Origin: Muribaculaceae bacterium
Lineage (GTDB): Bacteria > Spirochaetota > Spirochaetia > Sphaerochaetales > Sphaerochaetaceae
Direction: 5' to 3'
Length of the DNA stretch: 63,814 bases
Assembly: GCA_963623755.1 (NCBI GenBank)
Contig: CAVFNE010000002.1
Coordinates: forward strand, 1 to 63,814
Shown here: positions 38,089-47,106 of the stretch, one piece after another
Numbering within the stretch: the first letter of the stretch is position 1
Layout of the letters: each line of letters begins with the position of its first letter
The notes under the pieces: model-generated
What the model was told of the DNA's origin: nothing
What the model saw: only the letters and a program-made list of their open reading frames with translations
Database searches by the model: none
Made by a program: the position numbers and the translations under genes

Positions 38089-39315
38089 ATGAAAAAAACA
38101 TTAGCATTAGCTCTTGCTCTTTTGATGACTCTTGCTCTTTTTGCTAACGGAAGCGCAGAGAAGGCTTCTTCAACAGCTAAAGAAGCAACAAAAGTCGGTT
38201 TTGTTGTAATCAACGACGAGTCTGACCAGGGTTACACATGGAACTTCATGAACGGTATGAACAACGCTCTCGAGCAGCTTGCAGCTGAAGGATATAACGT
38301 TGAACTCATCGTCAAGAGAAATACAACTGAGTCTTCCATTGCCAGAGACAACAACGAAGAACTCGCAGCAGAAGGCTGTGAAATCATCTTCAACAACAGC
38401 TATGGATTTGAACCGTATATGCTCGAAGCATCAAAGGAATATCCTGATACAATTTTCGTAGGTCTCACAAACTGTGGTTCACAGATTGATGACAACCCGA
38501 ACACACACAATGCTTTCGCAGCTATCTACGAGGGTAGATATCTTGCTGGTATTGCAGCAGGTATGAAGCTCCAGCAGCTCATCGACGAAGGAACAATCAA
38601 GGCAGAAGAAGCAGTTATCGGTTATGTTGGTGCATTCTCATTTGCTGAAGTTATCTCCGGTATGTCAGGTTACTTCCTCGGCGTTAGAAGCGTATGTCCA
38701 AGCGCTACAATGAAGGTTTACTTCGTAGGTACATGGGGTGATGCTACTCTTGAAGAAGCAGCAGCTAATGCTCTCGTCGATGCAGGCGCAGTCATGATTA
38801 GCCAGCACTCAGATACAACTTCTCCAGCACTCGCAGCTCAGAAGGCAGGTGTCTACCACACAGGTTACAACACAGACATGACACATGTTGCTCCTGAGGC
38901 TTCTCTCCTTTCCTGCAGAATCGACTGGACAAGATATTTCTACACATTCATCAAGAATTACATTGACGGCGTAGAGAACCCGTCTGACTGGACAGGTACA
39001 GTTGCTGAAGGCGATGTTGTTATTACTGAACTCAACACAGCTATTGCAGCACCCGGCACACAGGAAGCACTCGATGAGGCAATCGCAGCATTCAAGGCTG
39101 GAACACTCAACGTATTCGATACATCCAAGTTCACAGTTAACGGTGGCGAGGTTCTTACTCACGCATTTGCTCTCGACACAAACGGTGACTTCACAGCAGA
39201 TACAGGCGAGGCAGTTTGGGATGGCGTATTCCACGAATCATATCCTGAATTCCAGTCTGCTCCATATCTGACAGCAGTTATCGACGGAATCGAGTGGCTG
39301 AACGTAGCTTACTGA
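38089..39315 (+). CDS. BMP-family (PnrA/TmpC-like) ABC substrate-binding protein
   Basis: Signal peptide. The GFVVINDESDQGYTWN.., ..GYVGAFSFAEVI.. and FVGTWGD patterns are typical of the basic membrane protein family. No lipobox Cys is present. Confidence 0.88.
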   Translation: MKKTLALALALLMTLALFANGSAEKASSTAKEATKVGFVVINDESDQGYTWNFMNGMNNALEQLAAEGYNVELIVKRNTTESSIARDNNEELAAEGCEIIFNNSYGFEPYMLEASKEYPDTIFVGLTNCGSQIDDNPNTHNAFAAIYEGRYLAGIAAGMKLQQLIDEGTIKAEEAVIGYVGAFSFAEVISGMSGYFLGVRSVCPSATMKVYFVGTWGDATLEEAAANALVDAGAVMISQHSDTTSPALAAQKAGVYHTGYNTDMTHVAPEASLLSCRIDWTRYFYTFIKNYIDGVENPSDWTGTVAEGDVVITELNTAIAAPGTQEALDEAIAAFKAGTLNVFDTSKFTVNGGEVLTHAFALDTNGDFTADTGEAVWDGVFHESYPEFQSAPYLTAVIDGIEWLNVAY

Positions 39316-39337
39316 TATTCCATCACAGAGGGTTTAC

Positions 39338-39361
39338 ATGGCGACGGTTTTCCGTCGCCAT
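39338..39361 (+). terminator. Stem-loop after the SBP gene (weak T-tract)
   Basis: ATGGCGACGG-TTTT-CCGTCGCCAT is a perfect 10-bp stem, but no clear U-run follows. Confidence 0.45.
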
Positions 39362-39649
39362 AATTCGTTGTAGTTCTTTATCAACAGTTATCCTGTTTAA
39401 TGTCAGAAACAGGAAAAATATGACAATAACATTTTCGAATGGAAATGGCGACTATGTTATTGTTTATTCCATACCGTCGTCAGAGGGGTGAGACAAAACG
39501 CTCTGTACTTATGCCACCTCATCCTGGGGTGGCTTAATCTTCACAATGTGTCAAATCTGTGAAGGAAAATGAGAGAGTCTTTGTTGATTCATTTTTCCTG
39601 TTGCCTTGTTTTCAAAAGCGCCTTAAATTACTTCCAGCGAGGCAAAATA

Positions 39650-40009
39650 ATGAAAAAGTCAGTTTTGAAAGTTTGTTCAATTGTTTTCGGAGCACTTTGT
39701 TTATGTGCCCTTATCGTTTTATTGTGTTTATCAATTTCTCTTCCTCACACTGAAACATACCGTGTATGGGGAACTGTCTATACTCAGAGCTATTCAGGTT
39801 ATTTCGATACAACACATCTGGAGAGCATGATTCTACTCGCATTCGGCTCCTTCTGGGGATTTGTACTATTCTTTGCATTCGGTTGTGATAAGTGCAGGAA
39901 AGTCGACCACAAAGAGGAGGAGGTGAAGAGCGTGGATGTTTCTGAGTCCGTTTCATCATGTTGCTGCTGCTCTCAGACTGCGGAAGAGACGGAAGATAAA
40001 GAAGACTGA
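39650..40009 (+). CDS. Small membrane protein with a Cys-rich acidic tail
   Basis: ATG at 39650 with a GAGG SD 7 nt upstream. Two predicted TM helices. C-terminus ..SSCCCCSQTAEETEDKED. Confidence 0.5.
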   Translation: MKKSVLKVCSIVFGALCLCALIVLLCLSISLPHTETYRVWGTVYTQSYSGYFDTTHLESMILLAFGSFWGFVLFFAFGCDKCRKVDHKEEEVKSVDVSESVSSCCCCSQTAEETEDKED

Positions 40010-40060
40010 CAGCTGGGTTTATTTCTGAGTTTATAGAGTGAGACCTTCCTCTGGGGAGGC

Positions 40061-41290
40061 TCATTTCTTTATGACGCGTAGCACAAAACCCTTGAGATAT
40101 TGGCTCTCGGGGAATGAGAGCCTCACGGGGTGGTCTGAACCAGCGCTTAGAGTTTCAAGTACCTGTATTTCACACCCGGCATCCGTTGCTGCCCAGCTCA
40201 GGAGAAGAAGAAAGTTTTCTCTTGTGAGAGCACCCGAACAGGAGAAGGTAATGAGTATGCCTTCATCCTTAATCTTTGTCATAGCAACTCTGTTGAGGTC
40301 TTTGTAGGCTTTTGTGGCATTCTCGAGCTTACTCTTCGTCTGGGCAAGTTTCGGAGGGTCGAGAATTATTGTGTCGTAGTAATCTTCCTCTACTGTCCTT
40401 AGGTGATTGAAGCAGTCTGCGGTAATTGTATTCACTCTGTCTCTGCTTCCTGGGGGAAGAACACCTTTGTTTTCATTGAGGTGGATCTGGTACAAGAGAT
40501 GCCTTAATGCACTTTCCGAGCTGTCTACGGCATCAACCGATACTGCACCGGAACGGAGGGCATGGAGGGTGAATGCACCCGTGTATGGGCATACATCGAG
40601 GACTTTTCTACCCTTGGTGTATTTCTCTGATATATTTCTGTTCTCTCTCTGGTCGCAGTAGAAGCCTGACTTCTGGCCCTTCCCGGGGGTTATCTCATAC
40701 CATATACCGCTTTCCATGAAGAGTGTGTTATCTTTCGGCGCTTCACTGTCCTTGAGTTCCACACCGTTCTTGAAGTACCTTACCTTTTCGCTTATGCCTT
40801 CGCTCGAGGCATAGAAAGCATCTGCAGATACCTGAATAAGGGATGGGTGTAGTGCTTTCTCGAGTGTTTTTATGATGACGGGAAGAAAGTGAAGTGCAAA
40901 GCGGGAGGAGAGTATGATGTGCACTTCTCTTGCATAGCAGTCTGCAGCAAGCCCCGGAATGAAGTCCGCTTCTCCATGTATGAGACGGAAGCAATTTGTG
41001 TTCTCAATCTTAAAGAAGTCCTTTCGTCTCATTACGGCATTTAGAACCAGGCTCTCGACAAACTCTTCGTCTGTGATTTCGCTTTTATCCCATGTAAGTA
41101 GATGGAGAACGATGTGGGATTTCTCATCGTACCAGCCTTTTGCAATGAATGTGCCGCTTTCTGTGTAGACTTCAGCCCAGTCGGGTCGTGTGAAGATGGG
41201 GCTTATTGACTCGATTGCGCCGGTAAAGACCCATGGATGGTGTTTTTCAAGCTGCTTGGATTTGTTCTCTTTGATTACTACCCTGTACAT
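40061..41290 (-). CDS. rlmI: PUA-domain SAM-dependent 23S rRNA m5C methyltransferase (RlmI-like)
   Basis: N-terminal PUA-like region (..HPWVF..), SAM motif VLDVCPYTGAF, DPPK.., and a FSCSG C-terminal motif. Confidence 0.82.
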   Translation of the reverse strand: MYRVVIKENKSKQLEKHHPWVFTGAIESISPIFTRPDWAEVYTESGTFIAKGWYDEKSHIVLHLLTWDKSEITDEEFVESLVLNAVMRRKDFFKIENTNCFRLIHGEADFIPGLAADCYAREVHIILSSRFALHFLPVIIKTLEKALHPSLIQVSADAFYASSEGISEKVRYFKNGVELKDSEAPKDNTLFMESGIWYEITPGKGQKSGFYCDQRENRNISEKYTKGRKVLDVCPYTGAFTLHALRSGAVSVDAVDSSESALRHLLYQIHLNENKGVLPPGSRDRVNTITADCFNHLRTVEEDYYDTIILDPPKLAQTKSKLENATKAYKDLNRVAMTKIKDEGILITFSCSGALTRENFLLLLSWAATDAGCEIQVLETLSAGSDHPVRLSFPESQYLKGFVLRVIKK

Positions 41291-41328
41291 TCTTTTCTCT
41301 CCGCTTTTATAAGCATATACTTTTTGTC

Positions 41329-42003
41329 ATGAAAAAGAAACTTGTTGTCTTTGACCTAGACGGTACTCTTCTCAATACTCTCTCTGATATAAGACGGGCG
41401 ATAAACTATGTCCTCTCATCCTACGATATTCCCCCGATAAGTGAGGAGGAGACAAGAGAGTATGTCGGGCACGGCCTCAGGAGTGCACTTGTAAAGGCTG
41501 TAAATAAGAGCGGAGCCATTCTGGAGGATAATGATTTTTCGCTTATGAATGAACTTCTTGTCTCATCATATATGAAACACCCCTGTGTTTATACAAAGCC
41601 CTATCCCGAGATTGGTGCTCTTCTCGGGTGGCTTGAACAAAACAGCCTGGGTGTGGCGATAGCGTCTAATAAGAAGGAAAGTATTGTCAAAGAGATAGTT
41701 TTAGCTATGTTTCCTTCAGTCAAATTCGCTTTTGTGCTTGGAGAGAACGGAGAGTATCCCCTGAAGCCGGATCCTGAGGGAATATTGAGTGAAATAGAAA
41801 AACTTGGCCTTACGAGGGACGATATAATCTACATCGGGGACAGTGAAGTTGATGCAGAGACTGCAGAGAATCTTAAGTGTGATTCGATTATCGTCAACTA
41901 CGGCTTCAGAACTCCCGAAGAACTTGAAAAAAGCGGGATAAAGGAAAGTGTGGGGTCGCCCGAAGAGGTGATGAGGATAATAGATGAAAGATATCTCTCT
42001 TAG
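41329..42003 (+). CDS. HAD-superfamily phosphatase (phosphoglycolate-phosphatase-like)
   Basis: VVFDLDGTLLNT, ASNK and the GDSEVD motifs. Confidence 0.85.
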   Translation: MKKKLVVFDLDGTLLNTLSDIRRAINYVLSSYDIPPISEEETREYVGHGLRSALVKAVNKSGAILEDNDFSLMNELLVSSYMKHPCVYTKPYPEIGALLGWLEQNSLGVAIASNKKESIVKEIVLAMFPSVKFAFVLGENGEYPLKPDPEGILSEIEKLGLTRDDIIYIGDSEVDAETAENLKCDSIIVNYGFRTPEELEKSGIKESVGSPEEVMRIIDERYLS

Positions 42004-42331
42004 GGTAAATCAGTCGACGCTCTTGATGGCTTTGTCCTCTCGGATGACAAGGCTATCCAACGCTCAATCAAAGAAGTGGAATAAGGCTGTTTTTATCACC
42101 ATCAGGCGAAATATTCATGGATGCAGACTGGATTGTCAGAGCGAAATAGATGGAGGCAATATAATCTTTTTTCTGCTTTTCAAATTCCACGCACTTGGAT
42201 ATCAAGCTGATTTTATCAGATAGATTGTAAATCTCCCCCTTGCCCTCGGTTTCTCTTTCTAAAAGGCTTATAAGCTCAGGTATTGTCTCTGTAATATGGG
42301 TTTGCGAAATCCCTGTTCACGAGGTATCTTT

Positions 42332-42838
42332 TTATTTTCTTCCTATCTTTGTAAAGCCTACAAGAGAATAGAATTCATCGAAGTGGGTGACTATCCCCTT
42401 CATAATAAGGCCGTTGAGGGCGTAGTTGAAATCCTCTATTTTGTATTCTCCATCTTTTGTTCCTTCCTTTATTTTGCTCAACTGCTCGGTGTAAGACGGC
42501 AGCTTTGAACTTAGGTAAAGGATAAGTGTAATCTCTCCCTCTCCCAGATTCTCTGTTGTTTCATTGAAAAGTGGAAGAAGGAGTGCTCTCAATATGATGG
42601 TTTTGTCAACCTTTCCACTCTCGGAGTATGCGGCTGCGGTTTTCTTCATCTCGGCGTAGTTGAAAATCTCATAAATCTTATATTGCATCTGTTTGAAGGA
42701 TAAACACTTCTTGATGTCCTTAATAAAACTTTCATCTTTAAGGTCCAAATCTGCTCCGCTTTCTTTAAGAAGCTTTATAACAAGCTTTGAGTACTTTTCT
42801 CTTTCTTTCTCGTATCTTTTTGCATTTGGGCCCGGCAT
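42332..42838 (-). CDS. Hypothetical protein downstream of the SNF2 helicase
   Basis: 168-codon ORF 60 bp after the helicase stop. I recognise no motif. The same frame reopens after two stops (see findings). Confidence 0.45.
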   Translation of the reverse strand: MPGPNAKRYEKEREKYSKLVIKLLKESGADLDLKDESFIKDIKKCLSFKQMQYKIYEIFNYAEMKKTAAAYSESGKVDKTIILRALLLPLFNETTENLGEGEITLILYLSSKLPSYTEQLSKIKEGTKDGEYKIEDFNYALNGLIMKGIVTHFDEFYSLVGFTKIGRK

Positions 42839-42898
42839 ATTTATCTCCTCGAATAATTATAGTGTCATGCGGTAATTAATGCGTCAATTGTTTTCTCT

Positions 42899-45800
42899 TT
42901 ATTCAATATTTGAAATCGATAACAGCTCCATAAGATCCTCTTTCGATAGTGATGAGAGTGAAGTGTTTTCTGTTGTGACAATCTCATCGGCCAGATTCTT
43001 CTTTGCCTCCTGAAGCTTTACGATATTCTCCTCTATCGTATTCTGGGCAATCATCTTGTAGACGGTTACCTGTCTCTTCTGTCCTATTCTGTGAGCTCTG
43101 TCCGTCGCCTGATTCTCCACTGCTGTGTTCCACCACGGGTCGTAGTGTATGACGATATCTGCTCCGGTGAGATTAAGTCCCGTTCCTCCCGCCTTGAGCG
43201 AGATAAGAAAGAGCGGGGTGTCACCGTTATTGAATGCATCAACCATCTCCAGTCTCTTTGCTGAGGGTGTATCACCTGTTATTTTATAGTACTTGATGTT
43301 GTTCTCGTTCAAGTCGCTTTCAAGAAGTTCAAGCATTGATGTGAACTGTGAAAAAAGAAGTATCCGGTGGCCTCCGTCGATGGCTGCGTTGATGAGGTCC
43401 ATCACTGCTTCTCTCTTTGCTGAGCCTCCCTTATAGTCCTTGTAGAGAAGAGCCGGATCACAGCAGATTTGTCTGATTTTCGTAAGCTCGGCAAGAATTT
43501 CGATTTTCTTTTCGTTATAGTTGCCGTATTTCTTGAGCATACCTTTGGTCTTTGCCACCTCGGCTGTATAGAGCTTGAGCTGTTCGCCTTCAAGAGGTGT
43601 CACTCTCACTTCTTCGGTTTTTTCCGGAAGTTCTTTCAATACATCTGTTTTGAGCCGTCTTAGAATGAATGGGCCGGTAAGCTTTTTGAGCTTGAGGGCT
43701 GCTTCCTTATCTGCGTTCTTTTCAATTGGAGATGATATCTCCCTCTTGAATACCTCCTGTGAGAATAAGAACCCGGGCATGAGGTACTCGAAGATTGACC
43801 AGAGCTCGGAGAGTCTGTTCTCTATCGGGGTCCCCGTGAGCGCAATACGGCTCGATGCCCTTACAGCCCTGACTGATTTTGCTGCTGCAGTGGTATGATT
43901 CTTGATGAATTGAGCCTCATCTATTATCTCTATATCGAAAGAAATACCTTCGTAGTGGGCTATATCACGTTTTAAGAGATCATATGATGTGACAAGTATA
44001 TCCCACGCATTGTTGTTTTTGATTATTTCGGCTCTTTCCTTTGCCGTCCCTGTGACTGTTACGGCATTGAGTGTGGGTGTGAATTTTTTCACCTCCGCTT
44101 TCCAGTTGTAGACAAGAGATGCAGGTGTAACTATCAGAGTGTGCATCGGCTTTCCTTCTTCCTTCAGTGCTAGAAGTAGAGAGAGTGCCTGTATTGTTTT
44201 TCCCAACCCCATGTCATCTGCCAATATCCCGCCGAATCCATGCTCGATGAGCACTCTTAGCCATCTGTATCCGTCCTTTTGATAGCTACGCATTGTTTCT
44301 TCCATTGAGGAAGGAACAACATAGTCGGATTCGTTTATCCTTTCAAATTCGTCGATGAGTTTTTTTAATCTCTCTCCACCTTCATAGTTTATTCCGTTCT
44401 GCCCCTTCAATATCTGGTCAAGGTACAGAGCCCGGTAAAGTGGGAGGTTCATCTTCCCTGAAGCAAATTCCTTTATGGAGAGTCCGGAGTCAAGAAAGAG
44501 GGATGTCAGGGAGTCAAGGTTGACGTTCGATAGTGATATAAAGTCCCCGCTTTTGAGACGGTGGTATTTCTTCTGGTTCTTGTAGGATTGGAGAATCTCA
44601 ACCAGTTCTTCGATTGAGAAACCCTTGAGATCAAGTTTCAAATCGAGAATGCCGGCGTTATCCTCATCGATATCAAAAAAGCCGGTAATCTCGGGCATCT
44701 TTCTAACGTTCATGTTCTTCACGCTGTCGGAAATATTAACTTCTCCCAGCTCGGCAAGGGCCTCAAGACCATTTGTCAGAAATGAATAGATTCCACCTAT
44801 ATTGTTGTTCCTGATGCCCCATAATCCACCTTCGAAGTAGTCACGGGGGAAAATCTCCAGAAGGTCTCTGTCAATATCGTCACCGTAGCTTTTCAGCTCT
44901 GGGGTTTCCTTTGCGACAAATGTTCCGAAATAGCCGTTTCTTGGATATACTTGGTATTCCTTACCTTTATATGAAAGAACGGTCTTACATGTGATTGCCC
45001 ATTTACCGCTGTCGATGTAGAAAATCGTTTTCGGGGCCTCAGTCAATATGCCGCCGAGAGCGTTCTCTGCTCTGTCGTCAATTCTGCCGTAACGCCTTAA
45101 ATCTGGAAGCAGACGCTGATAGAAGTTATCTATATATGAGAGTCCGATGGTGAATGAGAAATTGCCACTCTCGTCTGCTGTGGATGCAAGCGCAAATGCA
45201 CTCCCGAGTTTTTTTCTTTCTGTTCTGTTGAAACAGCCGTCTTCAACCCAATAGATGTAGTCCGGACTCTTCCATCGTCCGGAAATCTTTCCCGAGACTG
45301 TTATTCCAACAAGCTTTTCCCTCAGCTTTTTCTCTTCGATTTTCATGTCGAATGAGGGCTCGCTGTCTTTTAAGACGAGGTTGACACCGTTATAGATAAC
45401 TCCTGTATCTTTCATCACAGAGTAGAAGTCGTCGATGAAAAGTGTAAAGGGCAGATTGTCCCTGAGCTCGATTTTTTTGTAATAGTCGTCGATATTGTTT
45501 GCATAACAGTAGCTTCCCGCGGCTTTTATGAGCTTTATGATAGTCTTTGCCCTTTCTGTCAGATTCTGTTTTGCGAAATTAACGCCGTACTCCCCGCTTA
45601 CGTAGGTAAATTTCGAGTCTAAATAGTCGGAGTAGAACTTTTCTATGTTACGTATCTTATAGTACCTTCCGTTTGTGGTTTTCGCCCTCAGGATGATGGT
45701 GTTATTTTCCAGAATAGGCTCTATGTCGATATCCTCAAGCGGCTCGTCGATGCTCTCTTTTATGAGATTCTTTCTGTCCTTACGGAAATTGGAGAGAAGA

Positions 45801-46588
45801 AGGGAGGCCTTTTCATCAGTAAAATCTGTTATGTCCCTGTTTTTCTTAAGGTATGATATAAGTGAGAGCAGGGTTGCAGTTTTGTGGACGCAGAGTTCGA
45901 TATATCCTTTATCTGTGACTGTGTCGTAAGCGCATACAGGCTTGATGGGGTTTGTGCGGTAGTACCAGGAGTATCTGGCGTCAGTGCATGTAATCTTTTT
46001 TATGCCGCTGTTCGAGAGTTCGACATCGACGTTGGCGCGTTCATTGCCTGATGTGACTGAAGTGCTGTAAACTAGGACCTTTTCTCCATCCTTTGTCTCA
46101 ATCTTGGCCGATTTCATATATACGCAACCATTATCAAATATATTTTTTGCTTTTCTGTATGTTTCGACTGTAGGTTTGTAGATGTCGAGCGAATTACCGA
46201 ATGAAATGTAGTGCGGCTCTCCATCGTCATCTATGTGCAGCTTCATCATGCTTTTTGCTACCAAAGTTGACTTCTTTTTATTTTTTTTCTGTTCTACAGG
46301 CTTTTTGTTTTCTTCTTCTGTAAGCACTTCGCCTCTTTCCTTTTCTATTTTGTAAAGAAGCGCTGCTGTATGTTTACAGTATTTCTTCGGACAGGGACAG
46401 GTAGAGGATAACTGGACCAGAGTATTACTGTTCATTTTTGCCTTGACAGTGTAGATTTTGGACGCGTCGTCGACATGAACGCTGATGATGGAGCCGTTAT
46501 CTGTATAGTCAGTTACCAATCCTGCTTTAAATAGTTGTTTTCCACGGTTCAAGAGAGTGGAGGTAAATAGTTCTTCCCAATTTGACAT
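42899..46588 (-). CDS. SWIM-zinc-finger SNF2-family helicase (YwqA/RapA-like)
   Basis: N-terminal SWIM CxCx..CxH (CPCPKKYCKHTAAL), SNF2 motifs ILADDMGLGKT, DEAQFIKN, LTGTPIEN, and helicase-C QATDRAHRIGQ. The likely start is MSNWEELF at 46588. Confidence 0.92.
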   Translation of the reverse strand: MSNWEELFTSTLLNRGKQLFKAGLVTDYTDNGSIISVHVDDASKIYTVKAKMNSNTLVQLSSTCPCPKKYCKHTAALLYKIEKERGEVLTEEENKKPVEQKKNKKKSTLVAKSMMKLHIDDDGEPHYISFGNSLDIYKPTVETYRKAKNIFDNGCVYMKSAKIETKDGEKVLVYSTSVTSGNERANVDVELSNSGIKKITCTDARYSWYYRTNPIKPVCAYDTVTDKGYIELCVHKTATLLSLISYLKKNRDITDFTDEKASLLLSNFRKDRKNLIKESIDEPLEDIDIEPILENNTIILRAKTTNGRYYKIRNIEKFYSDYLDSKFTYVSGEYGVNFAKQNLTERAKTIIKLIKAAGSYCYANNIDDYYKKIELRDNLPFTLFIDDFYSVMKDTGVIYNGVNLVLKDSEPSFDMKIEEKKLREKLVGITVSGKISGRWKSPDYIYWVEDGCFNRTERKKLGSAFALASTADESGNFSFTIGLSYIDNFYQRLLPDLRRYGRIDDRAENALGGILTEAPKTIFYIDSGKWAITCKTVLSYKGKEYQVYPRNGYFGTFVAKETPELKSYGDDIDRDLLEIFPRDYFEGGLWGIRNNNIGGIYSFLTNGLEALAELGEVNISDSVKNMNVRKMPEITGFFDIDEDNAGILDLKLDLKGFSIEELVEILQSYKNQKKYHRLKSGDFISLSNVNLDSLTSLFLDSGLSIKEFASGKMNLPLYRALYLDQILKGQNGINYEGGERLKKLIDEFERINESDYVVPSSMEETMRSYQKDGYRWLRVLIEHGFGGILADDMGLGKTIQALSLLLALKEEGKPMHTLIVTPASLVYNWKAEVKKFTPTLNAVTVTGTAKERAEIIKNNNAWDILVTSYDLLKRDIAHYEGISFDIEIIDEAQFIKNHTTAAAKSVRAVRASSRIALTGTPIENRLSELWSIFEYLMPGFLFSQEVFKREISSPIEKNADKEAALKLKKLTGPFILRRLKTDVLKELPEKTEEVRVTPLEGEQLKLYTAEVAKTKGMLKKYGNYNEKKIEILAELTKIRQICCDPALLYKDYKGGSAKREAVMDLINAAIDGGHRILLFSQFTSMLELLESDLNENNIKYYKITGDTPSAKRLEMVDAFNNGDTPLFLISLKAGGTGLNLTGADIVIHYDPWWNTAVENQATDRAHRIGQKRQVTVYKMIAQNTIEENIVKLQEAKKNLADEIVTTENTSLSSLSKEDLMELLSISNIE

Positions 46589-47106
46589 GACTATATAGTA
46601 TAGAAGAATACAGATGTAGACCATACATTATGGCGATATTTCATCCTCCAGCCCCAGGAAATTGGTAGTTTCACTCTTCTGCCCTGTTTGTATTGAAAAG
46701 AAGACAGGATTCTTTCTCCTCTGCATTTTTCTGCCCCCGATTTTTAATGAAAACGGCTCCCTTTTTTGACAAAATCTCGGATTATTGCGCTTTATTAATA
46801 TGTTTCTGTATTTCGACCTGTATTTTTTCTTCTTTTACTTTCCCTCTTTAAATGATAGGGAAGATGACTTTCTGCTCTTTACCTGTAAGTCCTTTCTGCT
46901 GGGAAATGTAATTATTGTCAGAGAGCATTTATCCGTCACGGGTGATGAGTCTCTCTATGGAGAGCATACCGTAGAAGCGGGGCTTTCTTTACTCTTCATC
47001 AGCAATCACGTTGAAAGCGGTGAATATGTCAAAGAGCTGAGCAAAGCAAAGCAGAAAGGGGACAGAATCCCACTCAGAAGGGGACGATAAGAAGAGTGGG
47101 GAAAGA

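Noticed and set aside
41984-42223. 79-aa plus-strand ORF overlapping the end of the HAD gene
   Set aside because: It has no SD, overlaps a supported gene, and the opposite strand shows the more coherent relic reading frame.
42317-42334. Alternative genetic code (stop-codon reassignment) to explain the in-frame TAA and TGA
   Set aside because: TAA, TGA and TAG all terminate well-supported conserved genes at the expected lengths throughout the window. For example, RF1, ArgS and RsmA end where their families end.
46785-47090. 101-aa plus-strand ORF upstream of the nuclease-like cassette
   Set aside because: It starts in a T-rich, promoter-like tract (MRFINMFLYFDLYFFFFYF..), has no SD and is not protein-like at its N-terminus. 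It is probably the 5' UTR or promoter region of 47107.
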